From the IMG/VR virus record IMGVR_UViG_3300044259_000239, positions 1 through 36,322 of that record: a stretch of DNA of 36,322 bases. One strand, 5' to 3'. Of this stretch, positions 9,211 to 18,097 are shown one piece after another. A model generated the notes under the pieces. The model was not told the DNA's origin and did no database searches. It saw only the letters and a program-made list of their open reading frames with translations. Position numbers and translations under genes: made by a program. Within the stretch, counting starts at the first letter, position 1. Every line of letters begins with the position of its first letter. Source of the DNA: a virus. Its lineage: Duplodnaviria > Caudoviricetes.

Positions 9211-11193
9211 TTAACCTCCTAAATTTATAACCGCATCACGAAGACGATCATTGATGTGTCCCGTGATCTGATCTGCGATGTTTCGAATATTTTCACCTTT
9301 TCCAACACTAAAAGCATTGTTTACAGTAAGATTCATTACAATAGATTTAATGCCATTTGAACCTGAACCAACATTCAAACCGTCGCCGTCTTTACCTTTT
9401 TTACCTTTTTTTTCATCTGGGGCAATTGCTCCAAGTACATCAGGTTTTTTCTTTAAATAACTATTTACGCTTGTTTTTTGTTCTTTCTTTTCGGCTGGAT
9501 TAGAAGTTTTCTCACCGCTTCCAATCAGATCGTTTTGTTTCCTAAAATCTTCAATCCATTTCGCACCGGTTCCTGCAAGATTCCCAAGACCAGGTATTTT
9601 AGAGAGAAGCTGCAAAAGTTGTTGAATAGGTTTTAGTAATGCGCCTAGAATGACCATTCCGATACGTTTTAAACCTCCTATAATCCCACCTGAAGAAAAT
9701 GCTGATTCGATACTGTCCCAATGCTCCTTGAAACTCATTATCAAATTGATCAGCAATCCAAGTGGTCCGAGTACGACAGTCATAGCAGCTCCAAAATCAT
9801 CATAGTAACTTATTGCAACGGCTATATAGGCAATCAAAGCAGCAATACCTGTTATTATAAGTCCAATAGGATTTGCATTCATGGCAACATTTAAAAGCCA
9901 CTGTTGAACCGTTGCCGCTTTTGCTGCGATATTTTGAAACCAGGTCGCTTTTGTCAATGCTTGGTAAATTGGAATTAAACCGGCAACACCTTGAATAAGT
10001 GGTGAAAATTGTTGAGCATATATTCCAATATTCCCAAAGGCTTGACCCGCCCAGGTTTTAATATCAGAAAACCAGCCTTTGATTCCAGCGCCCGCCTGTT
10101 CAACACTGGGAAGTTTCGTGATATCCAAGTCCATCGTGCCCAGAGCATCTATAAACTCAGCTCCGGCATCTTCACCAGCTCCTTTAAATATGTCAGCGAT
10201 TATGGCTTGTCTAGCTTGCGCTGTAGCTCCCTGCATTTTCGTGCTGATTAATTTGACAGCATCAAAAGTCGTTTTCCCAATTAAATCCTCTGGTTTGATG
10301 CCGATACCTCCCAAGGCCGAAACCTGTGCTTTTCCCATCTCACGAAGGGACAAATCAGCCTCCTTGATACTATCAATCGCTTTATCTGAGAATACACCAT
10401 CTTTACCTGATTTAGCTATTAACGCGATAGCTTCTGATTGATCTAAACCTAATTGTCTTATAACAGGTTGATATTCCTTTAACTGATCGATAAAGTCCCC
10501 ATTTGCATTTGCCCCTTTTTTGTAGCCCTCTTCGATAAGCTTTAAGTTTTCTTCAAAACTTCCGCCGTTCTGCTTTGTCATGGCGTTAGCTGCTTTTGCA
10601 ATTTCTTGCGCGTCTTCATTATAAACATCCGCAATGTTTCTTGATCGTCTAACAAATTCGTCAAGAGCATCGCCTGTTAAATCAGTCATTCTTTGAACTT
10701 CTACTGTCAGGTTTTGGACATCAACATTAAAATCAAGACCGTCGGTAGCTTTTTGAATAAGCTCGACACCTTGATTTATTCCGGTTGCCAAATCAGTCCA
10801 TTTTTGCGCCTGTTGGGCAAATTTATCGACTTGATCTTGCAGGTCTTTTATGTCCTCCTCAGCTCCTTGTAAGGCCTTTCGATAACCTTCAACTTTTGCC
10901 TTTGCCTTATCATAAGCTGCATTGGCTTTTTGCTGTTCCGCCCAGGAATCACTTTTTTTTGCTTTCTCTAGTTCCTTAAGTTCGTTTTCTACCTGTTGGA
11001 TAGATTTTTGAAGCTCTTTGTAATACTCCTTTGATTTTTGAAGCGCAATTTTTGTGTCTTTTTCAGATAATTTAACAGTGTCGCTGACTTCCTCTAAACT
11101 ATCAGTCATTTTGCCTAACGACTTCATCACGTCCTTCACCGGCTTGGTGATGTGATCAACAAAATCTAATATCCATGATGTAGTAGTGTCCAC
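9211..11193 (-). CDS. Tail tape measure protein
   Basis: 660 aa with coiled coil, Ala-rich core, NVAMNANPIGLII motif and hydrophobic segments; GTG start. Confidence 0.9.
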   Translation of the reverse strand: MDTTTSWILDFVDHITKPVKDVMKSLGKMTDSLEEVSDTVKLSEKDTKIALQKSKEYYKELQKSIQQVENELKELEKAKKSDSWAEQQKANAAYDKAKAKVEGYRKALQGAEEDIKDLQDQVDKFAQQAQKWTDLATGINQGVELIQKATDGLDFNVDVQNLTVEVQRMTDLTGDALDEFVRRSRNIADVYNEDAQEIAKAANAMTKQNGGSFEENLKLIEEGYKKGANANGDFIDQLKEYQPVIRQLGLDQSEAIALIAKSGKDGVFSDKAIDSIKEADLSLREMGKAQVSALGGIGIKPEDLIGKTTFDAVKLISTKMQGATAQARQAIIADIFKGAGEDAGAEFIDALGTMDLDITKLPSVEQAGAGIKGWFSDIKTWAGQAFGNIGIYAQQFSPLIQGVAGLIPIYQALTKATWFQNIAAKAATVQQWLLNVAMNANPIGLIITGIAALIAYIAVAISYYDDFGAAMTVVLGPLGLLINLIMSFKEHWDSIESAFSSGGIIGGLKRIGMVILGALLKPIQQLLQLLSKIPGLGNLAGTGAKWIEDFRKQNDLIGSGEKTSNPAEKKEQKTSVNSYLKKKPDVLGAIAPDEKKGKKGKDGDGLNVGSGSNGIKSIVMNLTVNNAFSVGKGENIRNIADQITGHINDRLRDAVINLGG

Positions 11194-11199
11194 TTTAAA

Positions 11200-11466
11200 T
11201 TATTTCTTTTTACTATTGATTTGCTTGAATACTTCGTTTACCACTTCAACTAATACTTTTCTAAAAGTATTTTCAAGTAGGGTCTCCTGAGATTTTTGAT
11301 TAAGACGGTTTACATATACCCAATCTTGGAAGTACTTCGACCATTCTTTATCTCCAAGCTCTTCGGGATTTTTATTGAATTTAACACGGATAATTGCATT
11401 AATTTTACTAATCCAATTATCCGAGTCATCTTCGTCCTCAGGGTTTAACCAAAACCCGTCTAAATC
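11200..11466 (-). CDS. Tail assembly chaperone frameshift extension (gpT-like), not in the ORF track
   Basis: Stop-free, ATG-less -1 frame (DLDGFWLNPEDEDD...INSKKK*) begins at slippery A AAA AAG (11472-11466) and fills the gap to the tape measure. Confidence 0.85.
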   Translation of the reverse strand, partial: DLDGFWLNPEDEDDSDNWISKINAIIRVKFNKNPEELGDKEWSKYFQDWVYVNRLNQKSQETLLENTFRKVLVEVVNEVFKQINSKKK

Positions 11467-11858
11467 TTTTTTATCTCAGACTTTTTAGCTCTTACCAGCT
11501 TAGAAATTTCAGTTAAAAGTTTGGTGTAGATTGCTCCATCATGTTCGAAAGCGTCTTTATCACCTTCCAAAACACAGCCAAGCATCAACTTTTGAATGCT
11601 GGTGATGTTTTTTTTATCGCCTTTTGAGCTTTCCTCTGCGATGGCCTGTAATACAGCTCTAGAAGGCTTCTTTACCAAATAAACAAACTCTTCTAGATCG
11701 TCGGTTAAAACAGATATCTCACGCAGATTCCTTCTACCGCCACATTTCGCAGCATGAGCGTTTATTTGATCTTCATCAAAAGGTTTGATAATTTCAAGGG
11801 GAATCAATGTTTTATTATCGTCTTGGTTAGTATCGTTTTCGCTTTGTAAATTTTCCAT
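11460..11858 (-). CDS. Tail assembly chaperone (gpG-like)
   Basis: Between tube and tape measure; ends in a slippery heptamer. Confidence 0.8.
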   Translation of the reverse strand: MENLQSENDTNQDDNKTLIPLEIIKPFDEDQINAHAAKCGGRRNLREISVLTDDLEEFVYLVKKPSRAVLQAIAEESSKGDKKNITSIQKLMLGCVLEGDKDAFEHDGAIYTKLLTEISKLVRAKKSEIKKI

Positions 11859-12295
11859 TAGATTACGTTGTATTCAATATGAGAAATAATTAATGTGTAC
11901 TCCGTGGCGATTGTTCCGTCACCTTGTGAAACTTCCACACCGTCATTGGTAAATTCACAGTTACGGATACGATCCCTGGTAATTACACCGTCCGGTTTGG
12001 CATAGTCTACAGTAATATCAAAAGAGGCGATATCCTGTATTCTTTTTCCCTTAGGAAGAGAGGCGCGCAATGCATCCGCTTCCTCCTTATACAAGGTGAT
12101 TGAAGCCTCAGCTTCATAATCGGTTACTGATCTTCCGATTGGATATAAACCGCCTCCTTTTACATTTTCTTTTGTAACAGTATCGTTATATTTCAATTGT
12201 GTGATGCCTTCTACATCACGCCCTAGCATGTTGACAGTAATGGAGTTCCATCCCTGCATTGTACCAAATTTGTTTATTACTGTTGGTGTGGCCAT
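11858..12295 (-). CDS. Tail tube protein
   Basis: 145 aa, beta-rich, immediately after the sheath gene. Confidence 0.8.
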   Translation of the reverse strand: MATPTVINKFGTMQGWNSITVNMLGRDVEGITQLKYNDTVTKENVKGGGLYPIGRSVTDYEAEASITLYKEEADALRASLPKGKRIQDIASFDITVDYAKPDGVITRDRIRNCEFTNDGVEVSQGDGTIATEYTLIISHIEYNVI

Positions 12296-12296
12296 G

Positions 12297-13478
12297 TTAA
12301 ATATTGTTAGTTAAACCAACTGCAAGCTCAAATTCGTGAACAATACCATCCATGACGATAGTAGCCTTAACTTTCGCTGGTGCCGTGTCGGTTACAATTT
12401 GTTTATCGTTAATAAAAATTTCGAATCCGCTTATTTCATCGTCAATAACCATCCTTTCGACTGCTTTGTTAACTAAAGACATCCATCGTCCGACTGTTGT
12501 TGGAGCGATGAAGCCCGTTTCCGGATCTTTCTTAACACGTCCTTTTACTTCTGGTAAAAGCGTGGTTCTAATAATCCTTGCGGCTTTGTTCCAGGTGCGG
12601 TTGTTCTCGATAAAAGAAAAGTCAGATTCTCGTGCTACACATGTATATGAGTTCACAAAGAAAAATCCTGCATAACCTTCATATCCTGCTGCAATGATGT
12701 AGCCTTTCGCCAGGATAGCATTTAAAGCACTTTTTTCTATTGAATCCACAGTATTTCCAGTTGGCAAAAATGCTTCAAGCCATGCTCCTCTCTTTTCGTT
12801 TGTAAGCGGAAAATCCTGAGTACCTCGTTTATCCAGCGGTTTGTTTTCAATATTTACCGAACCTAGGTTTTCGTTTATTTTTCTAGCTGCCAACATTCCC
12901 AATGCTGATCCTATACGGATAATTCCAGAATCATCTGAACATGCAGCACAAACAGAAACATTTGGAGCATCTAGAGTAAACAAATCCTGTGTGAAGTTTG
13001 GCAGATTGTTAATACCTATAATCGCAAAATCAAGCAATCTGTTCTCAATAGAAAATTCATTAATGATTGTTTGCTGGGCATTTACCGTAGGAACCAGATT
13101 TGGCGTGTCTTCGTCGTAATCAACTGCAAAACCGTAACCTTTAATCTCTTTGTTGTGATTGATAAAGTTTTTTAAATCTGCTTTAGCTGTTTTGTTAAAA
13201 AGATAAAGGGTAGCGTCTGGTGCCAAATCAAAAAACTCAGCTATGTCCTCATGAAGTTTACAATCGTTGTTAGCATCAAAACTGGCATTAATTCCTATAA
13301 CTTCCGCTTCGTAAAGCGATGTCAAAATGATACCTTTACCGGAATTGTTAACGGCTGTAGCGATATCGCCCACCGGTATAAAATCACAGATAATTGCTAA
13401 ATGGTTATCTGTGCCAATTGCAAGACGACCTAAGCCACCTTGCAATTTTTCTGTAACTACTCCTGATAATCTTCCCAT
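12297..13478 (-). CDS. Tail sheath protein (DUF2586-like)
   Basis: YEGYAGFF and DFSFIENNRTWNKAAR sheath-like C-terminal motifs; size and position. Confidence 0.8.
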   Translation of the reverse strand: MGRLSGVVTEKLQGGLGRLAIGTDNHLAIICDFIPVGDIATAVNNSGKGIILTSLYEAEVIGINASFDANNDCKLHEDIAEFFDLAPDATLYLFNKTAKADLKNFINHNKEIKGYGFAVDYDEDTPNLVPTVNAQQTIINEFSIENRLLDFAIIGINNLPNFTQDLFTLDAPNVSVCAACSDDSGIIRIGSALGMLAARKINENLGSVNIENKPLDKRGTQDFPLTNEKRGAWLEAFLPTGNTVDSIEKSALNAILAKGYIIAAGYEGYAGFFFVNSYTCVARESDFSFIENNRTWNKAARIIRTTLLPEVKGRVKKDPETGFIAPTTVGRWMSLVNKAVERMVIDDEISGFEIFINDKQIVTDTAPAKVKATIVMDGIVHEFELAVGLTNNI

Positions 13479-13840
13479 TACTCCTGAGGTTTAGTAAGTT
13501 CAGCCGTCTTGTTTTCTACTGCTTTTATAACAGTTGATCTAGTGTCGGCTTTAAATGGTTCCAAAGCTTCCAGCGTTTCCACTAATGCAATTGCTTTTAT
13601 TGCTTCTTCCGCTGAGAGCTTGATGCCGGTTTTGTCTTTTTTGGAATCGTCACCAACTGCTGCGATAGGACGCTCAATTGGCAATACTCGGCCTTTTTCA
13701 CCGGCGTGAATATCAGCGCGGTTTCTTTGAAGAAAGATGTTACCGTCAACCGTTGCAAACACTTCGTTTGCATCTGGGTATTGTGTAAAAACTTTACTTG
13801 CTAATTCCTTTAATTCGTCTTCTGAATATGTTGTTTTCAT
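13478..13840 (-). CDS. Hypothetical phage protein
   Basis: 120 aa, coupled to the sheath gene; short helical C-terminal domain (DTRSTVIKAVE). Confidence 0.6.
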   Translation of the reverse strand: MKTTYSEDELKELASKVFTQYPDANEVFATVDGNIFLQRNRADIHAGEKGRVLPIERPIAAVGDDSKKDKTGIKLSAEEAIKAIALVETLEALEPFKADTRSTVIKAVENKTAELTKPQE

Positions 13841-13844
13841 AGGT

Positions 13845-14351
13845 CTATTTTTGAACGCCGTAAAGCGCTATCTTTTTTTTAATAATCCATATTGTCAACC
13901 AAACTGCGATCAGCAGTAAGCTTATCTTTCCAAGTATTATGAAAAACTTTTCCAAGAAAGTAAGCTCATGTTCTATGTATACAGGTGTTGGTTTTAATGT
14001 GGTTTTAGTGATTTGTTTTGATTTCCATTGAGCTAACAATTTTTGAAGTTCAGCTTTACAATCGATGGTTAGCACATTGTCTCTAATAGTTACTTTAGGT
14101 GCTTTTAGATTCTTTCCAGGTGAAGAGTTTTTTACCTCTTTTTGGACAACTTTACCGTTTCTGCATTCCAATAGAGCTTTATAAAAACTACTATCAGCTT
14201 CTATTTCAAAAACTGTATCGTGAACCGTTTCTGTAACCGTTTCAATGTATTTTTCGGTTAATATTGTGGGCTTAGAAGTTTTACATGCACTTAAACAAGT
14301 TGCTGCAAACAGGAAGAACCCAATTGTTTTAATTCTGTTTTTATTCAACAT
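13845..14351 (-). CDS. Lipoprotein with C-terminal TM helix, candidate unimolecular spanin
   Basis: Lipobox LSA-C after a hydrophobic signal; C-terminal ISLLLIAVWLTIWII-KKK; next to the endolysin. Confidence 0.65.
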   Translation of the reverse strand: MLNKNRIKTIGFFLFAATCLSACKTSKPTILTEKYIETVTETVHDTVFEIEADSSFYKALLECRNGKVVQKEVKNSSPGKNLKAPKVTIRDNVLTIDCKAELQKLLAQWKSKQITKTTLKPTPVYIEHELTFLEKFFIILGKISLLLIAVWLTIWIIKKKIALYGVQK

Positions 14352-14875
14352 CAGGCTTCGTTTGTGGATATTTCACCGGTTGGACTTAATTGTATTTTGC
14401 GGACATTCGCAGGTTGTGACACCTTCCAATCACAGCGTCTTATGGCTGTGCATCTTGATTTTTGAATTCGCACAACGTTAACTTTGTTGGATTGATTACC
14501 TCCTAAGACATGATAATATGATGCATCTTCACCAACATAAAAACCAACATGATTGCCACCTGGTCTTGTAAAAACTAAAACATCTCCAAGCATGGCCTGA
14601 GTTTGTTTAGTTCCAAATTTCCCCCAATTTGCCGCCCAAAGTGGTTTATCAACTGGCACAAATCCAGCATCCTTAACAACTTTGGCTACAAACAAACCAC
14701 ACCAGGGAATTTCATCGTTTATATATTCTTTCAATCCAAGTTCCTTCGCCCATCCCATTATAACAGGGTTGTTCTTTGCGCCAACAATTTCCGCAACACC
14801 GTCGTGTTTTATGGCTTCGACAATAACTTTTGGTGAAAGCTCCTTTTCTAAATAATTGTATTGTTTTTGTTTCAT
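14351..14875 (-). CDS. Endolysin, NlpC/P60-type (TIGR02594-like) cysteine peptidase
   Basis: DEIPWCG, GNHVGF and VLGGNQSN motifs. Confidence 0.85.
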   Translation of the reverse strand: MKQKQYNYLEKELSPKVIVEAIKHDGVAEIVGAKNNPVIMGWAKELGLKEYINDEIPWCGLFVAKVVKDAGFVPVDKPLWAANWGKFGTKQTQAMLGDVLVFTRPGGNHVGFYVGEDASYYHVLGGNQSNKVNVVRIQKSRCTAIRRCDWKVSQPANVRKIQLSPTGEISTNEA

Positions 14876-14896
14876 AATTTCAGAACCCCATTGGGT

Positions 14897-14924
14897 GCAG
14901 TCGAGGCGCAGTGCCTTCGACTGC
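14897..14924. terminator. GC-rich stem-loop between capsid and lysis genes (attenuator or mRNA stabiliser)
   Basis: gcagtcga-ggc...gcc-t-tcgactgc; no clear U-tract on the minus strand. Confidence 0.55.
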
Positions 14925-14934
14925 CATTTTTAGT

Positions 14935-15942
14935 TTAGACTTTGCCTGAAATAATTGCTCCAGAACCTTCAACACCGTAGGCAACGATGATATGGTATAA
15001 TCTGAAACCAATTGTATTTTCTCTTAATTCTGGTTGTTCTTCCGCTGAAAGGGCATAACGTTTAATTGTCCCAGTCGCTTTTGCAGTACTTCCTTTATGG
15101 AATACTACGGAAGATCGTCGTCCTACTGTTGTGCTTCCAAATGGTAATTTTGTTGCTGCGTTTGTATTGTATTCTGGTGTTGTTGAATCTTCATAAATTA
15201 TGAAACCATAGTACTTTTTAGAAATAGCACCTTCAGTATGGTTATGATATTGTGTAGAGAATTTTTTATCTTCTGCAAGCAAATCTGAAACGTGATCGTC
15301 TGACAAAACCAAAACACGGCCTTTTTTATCAATACCTGCTTTATTCTGCTTTGTTTGCAATCTTCTAAGATCACCCGTAGTCAGCATTTTTCTACCTGTT
15401 CCATCATCTGCTCCAGTCGTTTCAATTACATATAAATTATTAGCTTCATCATTTGCCTGTGGAGCAAGACCCCATAAACCATATTCTAATGTAGTATCTT
15501 CTAATGTCTCACGATGTTGTTCCTGTACATCAGATGTTTTTTCATAAGGCAAAGCATATAATTCATCATCAGTAACAATTGTATTCTCTGTATCGAACTT
15601 ATGAAGAGAAACAATTACATGGCTGTCATCTCTTTCGTTCTTTACAATAGGATAATTAGTATTATCAATTAACACTTTAGGCGCGGCACCACGTTTTGGG
15701 ATTTTAATAGTATCCTGGTTTACCCAATTTTGCTTTGATTTAATTTCAGTTACCCAAGTGTGTTCATGGCGTAACTGTTTTAGCATTTCTTTCTCAGCAG
15801 TTGAGTTTTTAAGCTGTCCGACACCGGCAACGACTCCGGCTATTTGAACTCCTTCGATTGTTGTAATATTAGTAGCGTGAGCTACAACCGTCGCTACCAA
15901 ACATAACAGCGACAGAAAAAATAATTTTGTTGAATTTTTCAT
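14935..15942 (-). CDS. Major capsid protein
   Basis: 335 aa after the protease/scaffold gene; capsid-like segments (DELYALPYEK, GRVLVL, YYGFIIYE). Confidence 0.8.
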   Translation of the reverse strand: MKNSTKLFFLSLLCLVATVVAHATNITTIEGVQIAGVVAGVGQLKNSTAEKEMLKQLRHEHTWVTEIKSKQNWVNQDTIKIPKRGAAPKVLIDNTNYPIVKNERDDSHVIVSLHKFDTENTIVTDDELYALPYEKTSDVQEQHRETLEDTTLEYGLWGLAPQANDEANNLYVIETTGADDGTGRKMLTTGDLRRLQTKQNKAGIDKKGRVLVLSDDHVSDLLAEDKKFSTQYHNHTEGAISKKYYGFIIYEDSTTPEYNTNAATKLPFGSTTVGRRSSVVFHKGSTAKATGTIKRYALSAEEQPELRENTIGFRLYHIIVAYGVEGSGAIISGKV

Positions 15943-15979
15943 GTATTTAAATTGTGTTTAATTTGTGTTTAAAAAGAGT

Positions 15980-17134
15980 TTAAGAACCGAAGTAGTCAGC
16001 TTCTAATTTTGCAAATGCTTCTGGTTCCTCAATCATCATTTTTTCTAGAGCTTTGACGTCCTTGTTTTGATAATCTTCTAAAGTCCAATTCTTTCTACTC
16101 TCAGATGTGTTTTTACCATTTTCAAAACTTGCTGAAGGTTTTACAAGCGCAGGCATTGAACTTAGAATTGCTTTTGTACCATCCAAGTCTGCAACTGCGA
16201 ACTTGATATACTGATCTCGTACGTCAGCAGTAATCTTTTTATCGGTAATGATTGCCTTGTCTACAAGTTCTTCAGCTTGCTTTTGTATCGAAGCTGTTTT
16301 TTCATTTTTTAAGCCGTCAACTTCACCCGCTTTTTCACTTGCTTTTTCTGCTGCAGCAAGGATTTGCTCATCAGTTGCGTCAGCGGGTAACTTTAGCGCA
16401 GCAAGGAGCTCATTTCTGTTTTTCATGTTGTTTTCTTTTTTAGAATTTACGTTCGGAATTTTGGGAGCACCACAGGCAATAAACATTGCCTTGTGGTCTT
16501 CGGTGATCTTTTCTTTTTTAGGTGAAATTGAAGTGATAAAACCCTGGTCTTTTGCTTCCTGTGCGGATAACCAAACATCACCTTTTGACCATCTTGATTC
16601 GATTTCGTCCTCTGATAATCCTGTTTTGTCAGCGTAAGCCTTTCTATACTGAGCGGTTAGGTTTTGAAGTAGTTTAAGATCAGCTGCAACTTTATCCTCA
16701 TTTCCCTGAATACTTCCCATTGGTTTATGGTACATGTACTGCCCGTTTTCGGCCATTTCGAAGGTGTCACAAATTAAAGCAAGGTAAGAACCGGCTGAGG
16801 CAACCAGAGCGCCTCCAAATCCTGTAACTGTACCTGAGAACCTTTTAATCTCGTTTGTAATCTCATTAGCTTCGAAAACAGAACCACCAGGTGTATTGAT
16901 GTAAAGTTTTACATCCTTAATGCCTTTTGCTATTAAATCATCGATCTGTCTTTTAAACTCCTGTGCTGAGTTCTGCCATTGATGAATTACACCGCTGATT
17001 TTTATTTCAGCTGTATTGTCTTTTGCTTCCGCTGTTATTGACAACGGATATTTTGCAGACATAGCAACCACATCAAAGCCACCAAAAGCGATAAATAGTG
17101 CAGCCGTTAAAATGGGTAATAATCTTCTTTTCAT
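15980..17134 (-). CDS. ClpP-like prohead protease with C-terminal scaffold
   Basis: INTPGGSV, VASAGS, MYHKP and WLSAQEAKDQGF ClpP motifs; Ala/Lys-rich scaffold after MKNRNELL. Confidence 0.9.
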   Translation of the reverse strand: MKRRLLPILTAALFIAFGGFDVVAMSAKYPLSITAEAKDNTAEIKISGVIHQWQNSAQEFKRQIDDLIAKGIKDVKLYINTPGGSVFEANEITNEIKRFSGTVTGFGGALVASAGSYLALICDTFEMAENGQYMYHKPMGSIQGNEDKVAADLKLLQNLTAQYRKAYADKTGLSEDEIESRWSKGDVWLSAQEAKDQGFITSISPKKEKITEDHKAMFIACGAPKIPNVNSKKENNMKNRNELLAALKLPADATDEQILAAAEKASEKAGEVDGLKNEKTASIQKQAEELVDKAIITDKKITADVRDQYIKFAVADLDGTKAILSSMPALVKPSASFENGKNTSESRKNWTLEDYQNKDVKALEKMMIEEPEAFAKLEADYFGS

Positions 17135-17169
17135 CTAAAAAAAAATTGAATTCCTGTGTTTTGAGATGG

Positions 17170-17302
17170 CAAAGATTTATCGAAAAAAAGAGCTAAAAAA
17201 ATCAGCGTACCGTTTTAGTAACTATATGTTACTAAAATAATTACGCGTAAAAACTGATTTAGAACGGTAGTTTTTTTTTGCCTTAATAAGTAGCCAATTT
17301 TG
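17170..17302. promoter_or_regulatory. Divergent late control region
   Basis: Degenerate -7 boxes (minus AATCTTTG 17177-17170; plus CAATTTTG 17295-17302); 10-bp inverted repeat 17213-17237; inverted TACCGTT/AACGGTA at 17208 and 17263. Confidence 0.6.
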
Positions 17303-17321
17303 CCAGATAAATAACAGAATA

Positions 17322-17810
17322 ATGGCAAAGGATAAAGAGAGAGAAGTAGCCCGAAAATTGTTTATAGAACTGAATAGAAGCCAAAAAGACATTGCTCTTG
17401 ATTTGGGTCTAACCGAAAAAACTGTAGGTATCTGGGTAAAAGAAGGTAATTGGAAATCTGAGCGTACGGCTTTAGTAAACAATACACAAAACAGAGCTGA
17501 AAAGTTTAAAGCAGTTTTGGAAGACTTGGCAGATGAGCAATTAATGATTTCACAAAAAATCAAAGATGCGGAAGCTGTTGGAGATTTCAAGGAAGCAGCG
17601 GTTTTAAGAAAAACTGCAACATCGATTGCCGATCAGGTCGGTAAATTTCAAAAGGCTCTTGAAAAACTTGACAAAGATTTCAAGATATCACTTTCAACAC
17701 GATTAGAGATTGTTGCTGAACTTTTTGAATCAATGCAGGATTACGACAAATCCTTATATGTAAGTTCTCTCGATTTCCAGCGCTACTATATACAATCAAT
17801 AGCTAAATAA
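17322..17810 (+). CDS. Terminase small subunit-like HTH protein
   Basis: N-terminal HTH (SQKDIALDLGLTEKTVGIWVKEGNW); upstream of the large terminase. Confidence 0.75.
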   Translation: MAKDKEREVARKLFIELNRSQKDIALDLGLTEKTVGIWVKEGNWKSERTALVNNTQNRAEKFKAVLEDLADEQLMISQKIKDAEAVGDFKEAAVLRKTATSIADQVGKFQKALEKLDKDFKISLSTRLEIVAELFESMQDYDKSLYVSSLDFQRYYIQSIAK

Positions 17811-17812
17811 TT

Positions 17813-18097
17813 ATGAAAAACAGAATCAAACTGGGTTCAAAACCACAAAACAAATCCTTTCTTTTTAAAAGGATTTTAAGTCTTATGATGAATCGCGCGG
17901 GCTTTAAGCAATACTGCCTTGAAATCGGGGTGTATCTACTAAAAAAGGGGGTTGGGTACGATATAGGTCAAATCCTCCAACATAAGCACTTACATGAAAA
18001 GACCTACCGCGTTAAAGTGGTTACCGGCATTTTCTACAATTTTAAAGACAACAAAATTACCCATACAGCTGAAAACAGAATTATAAAAGGCAAGTAA
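17813..18097 (+). CDS. Hypothetical basic protein
   Basis: 94 aa; its stop overlaps the terminase ATG. Confidence 0.55.
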   Translation: MKNRIKLGSKPQNKSFLFKRILSLMMNRAGFKQYCLEIGVYLLKKGVGYDIGQILQHKHLHEKTYRVKVVTGIFYNFKDNKITHTAENRIIKGK

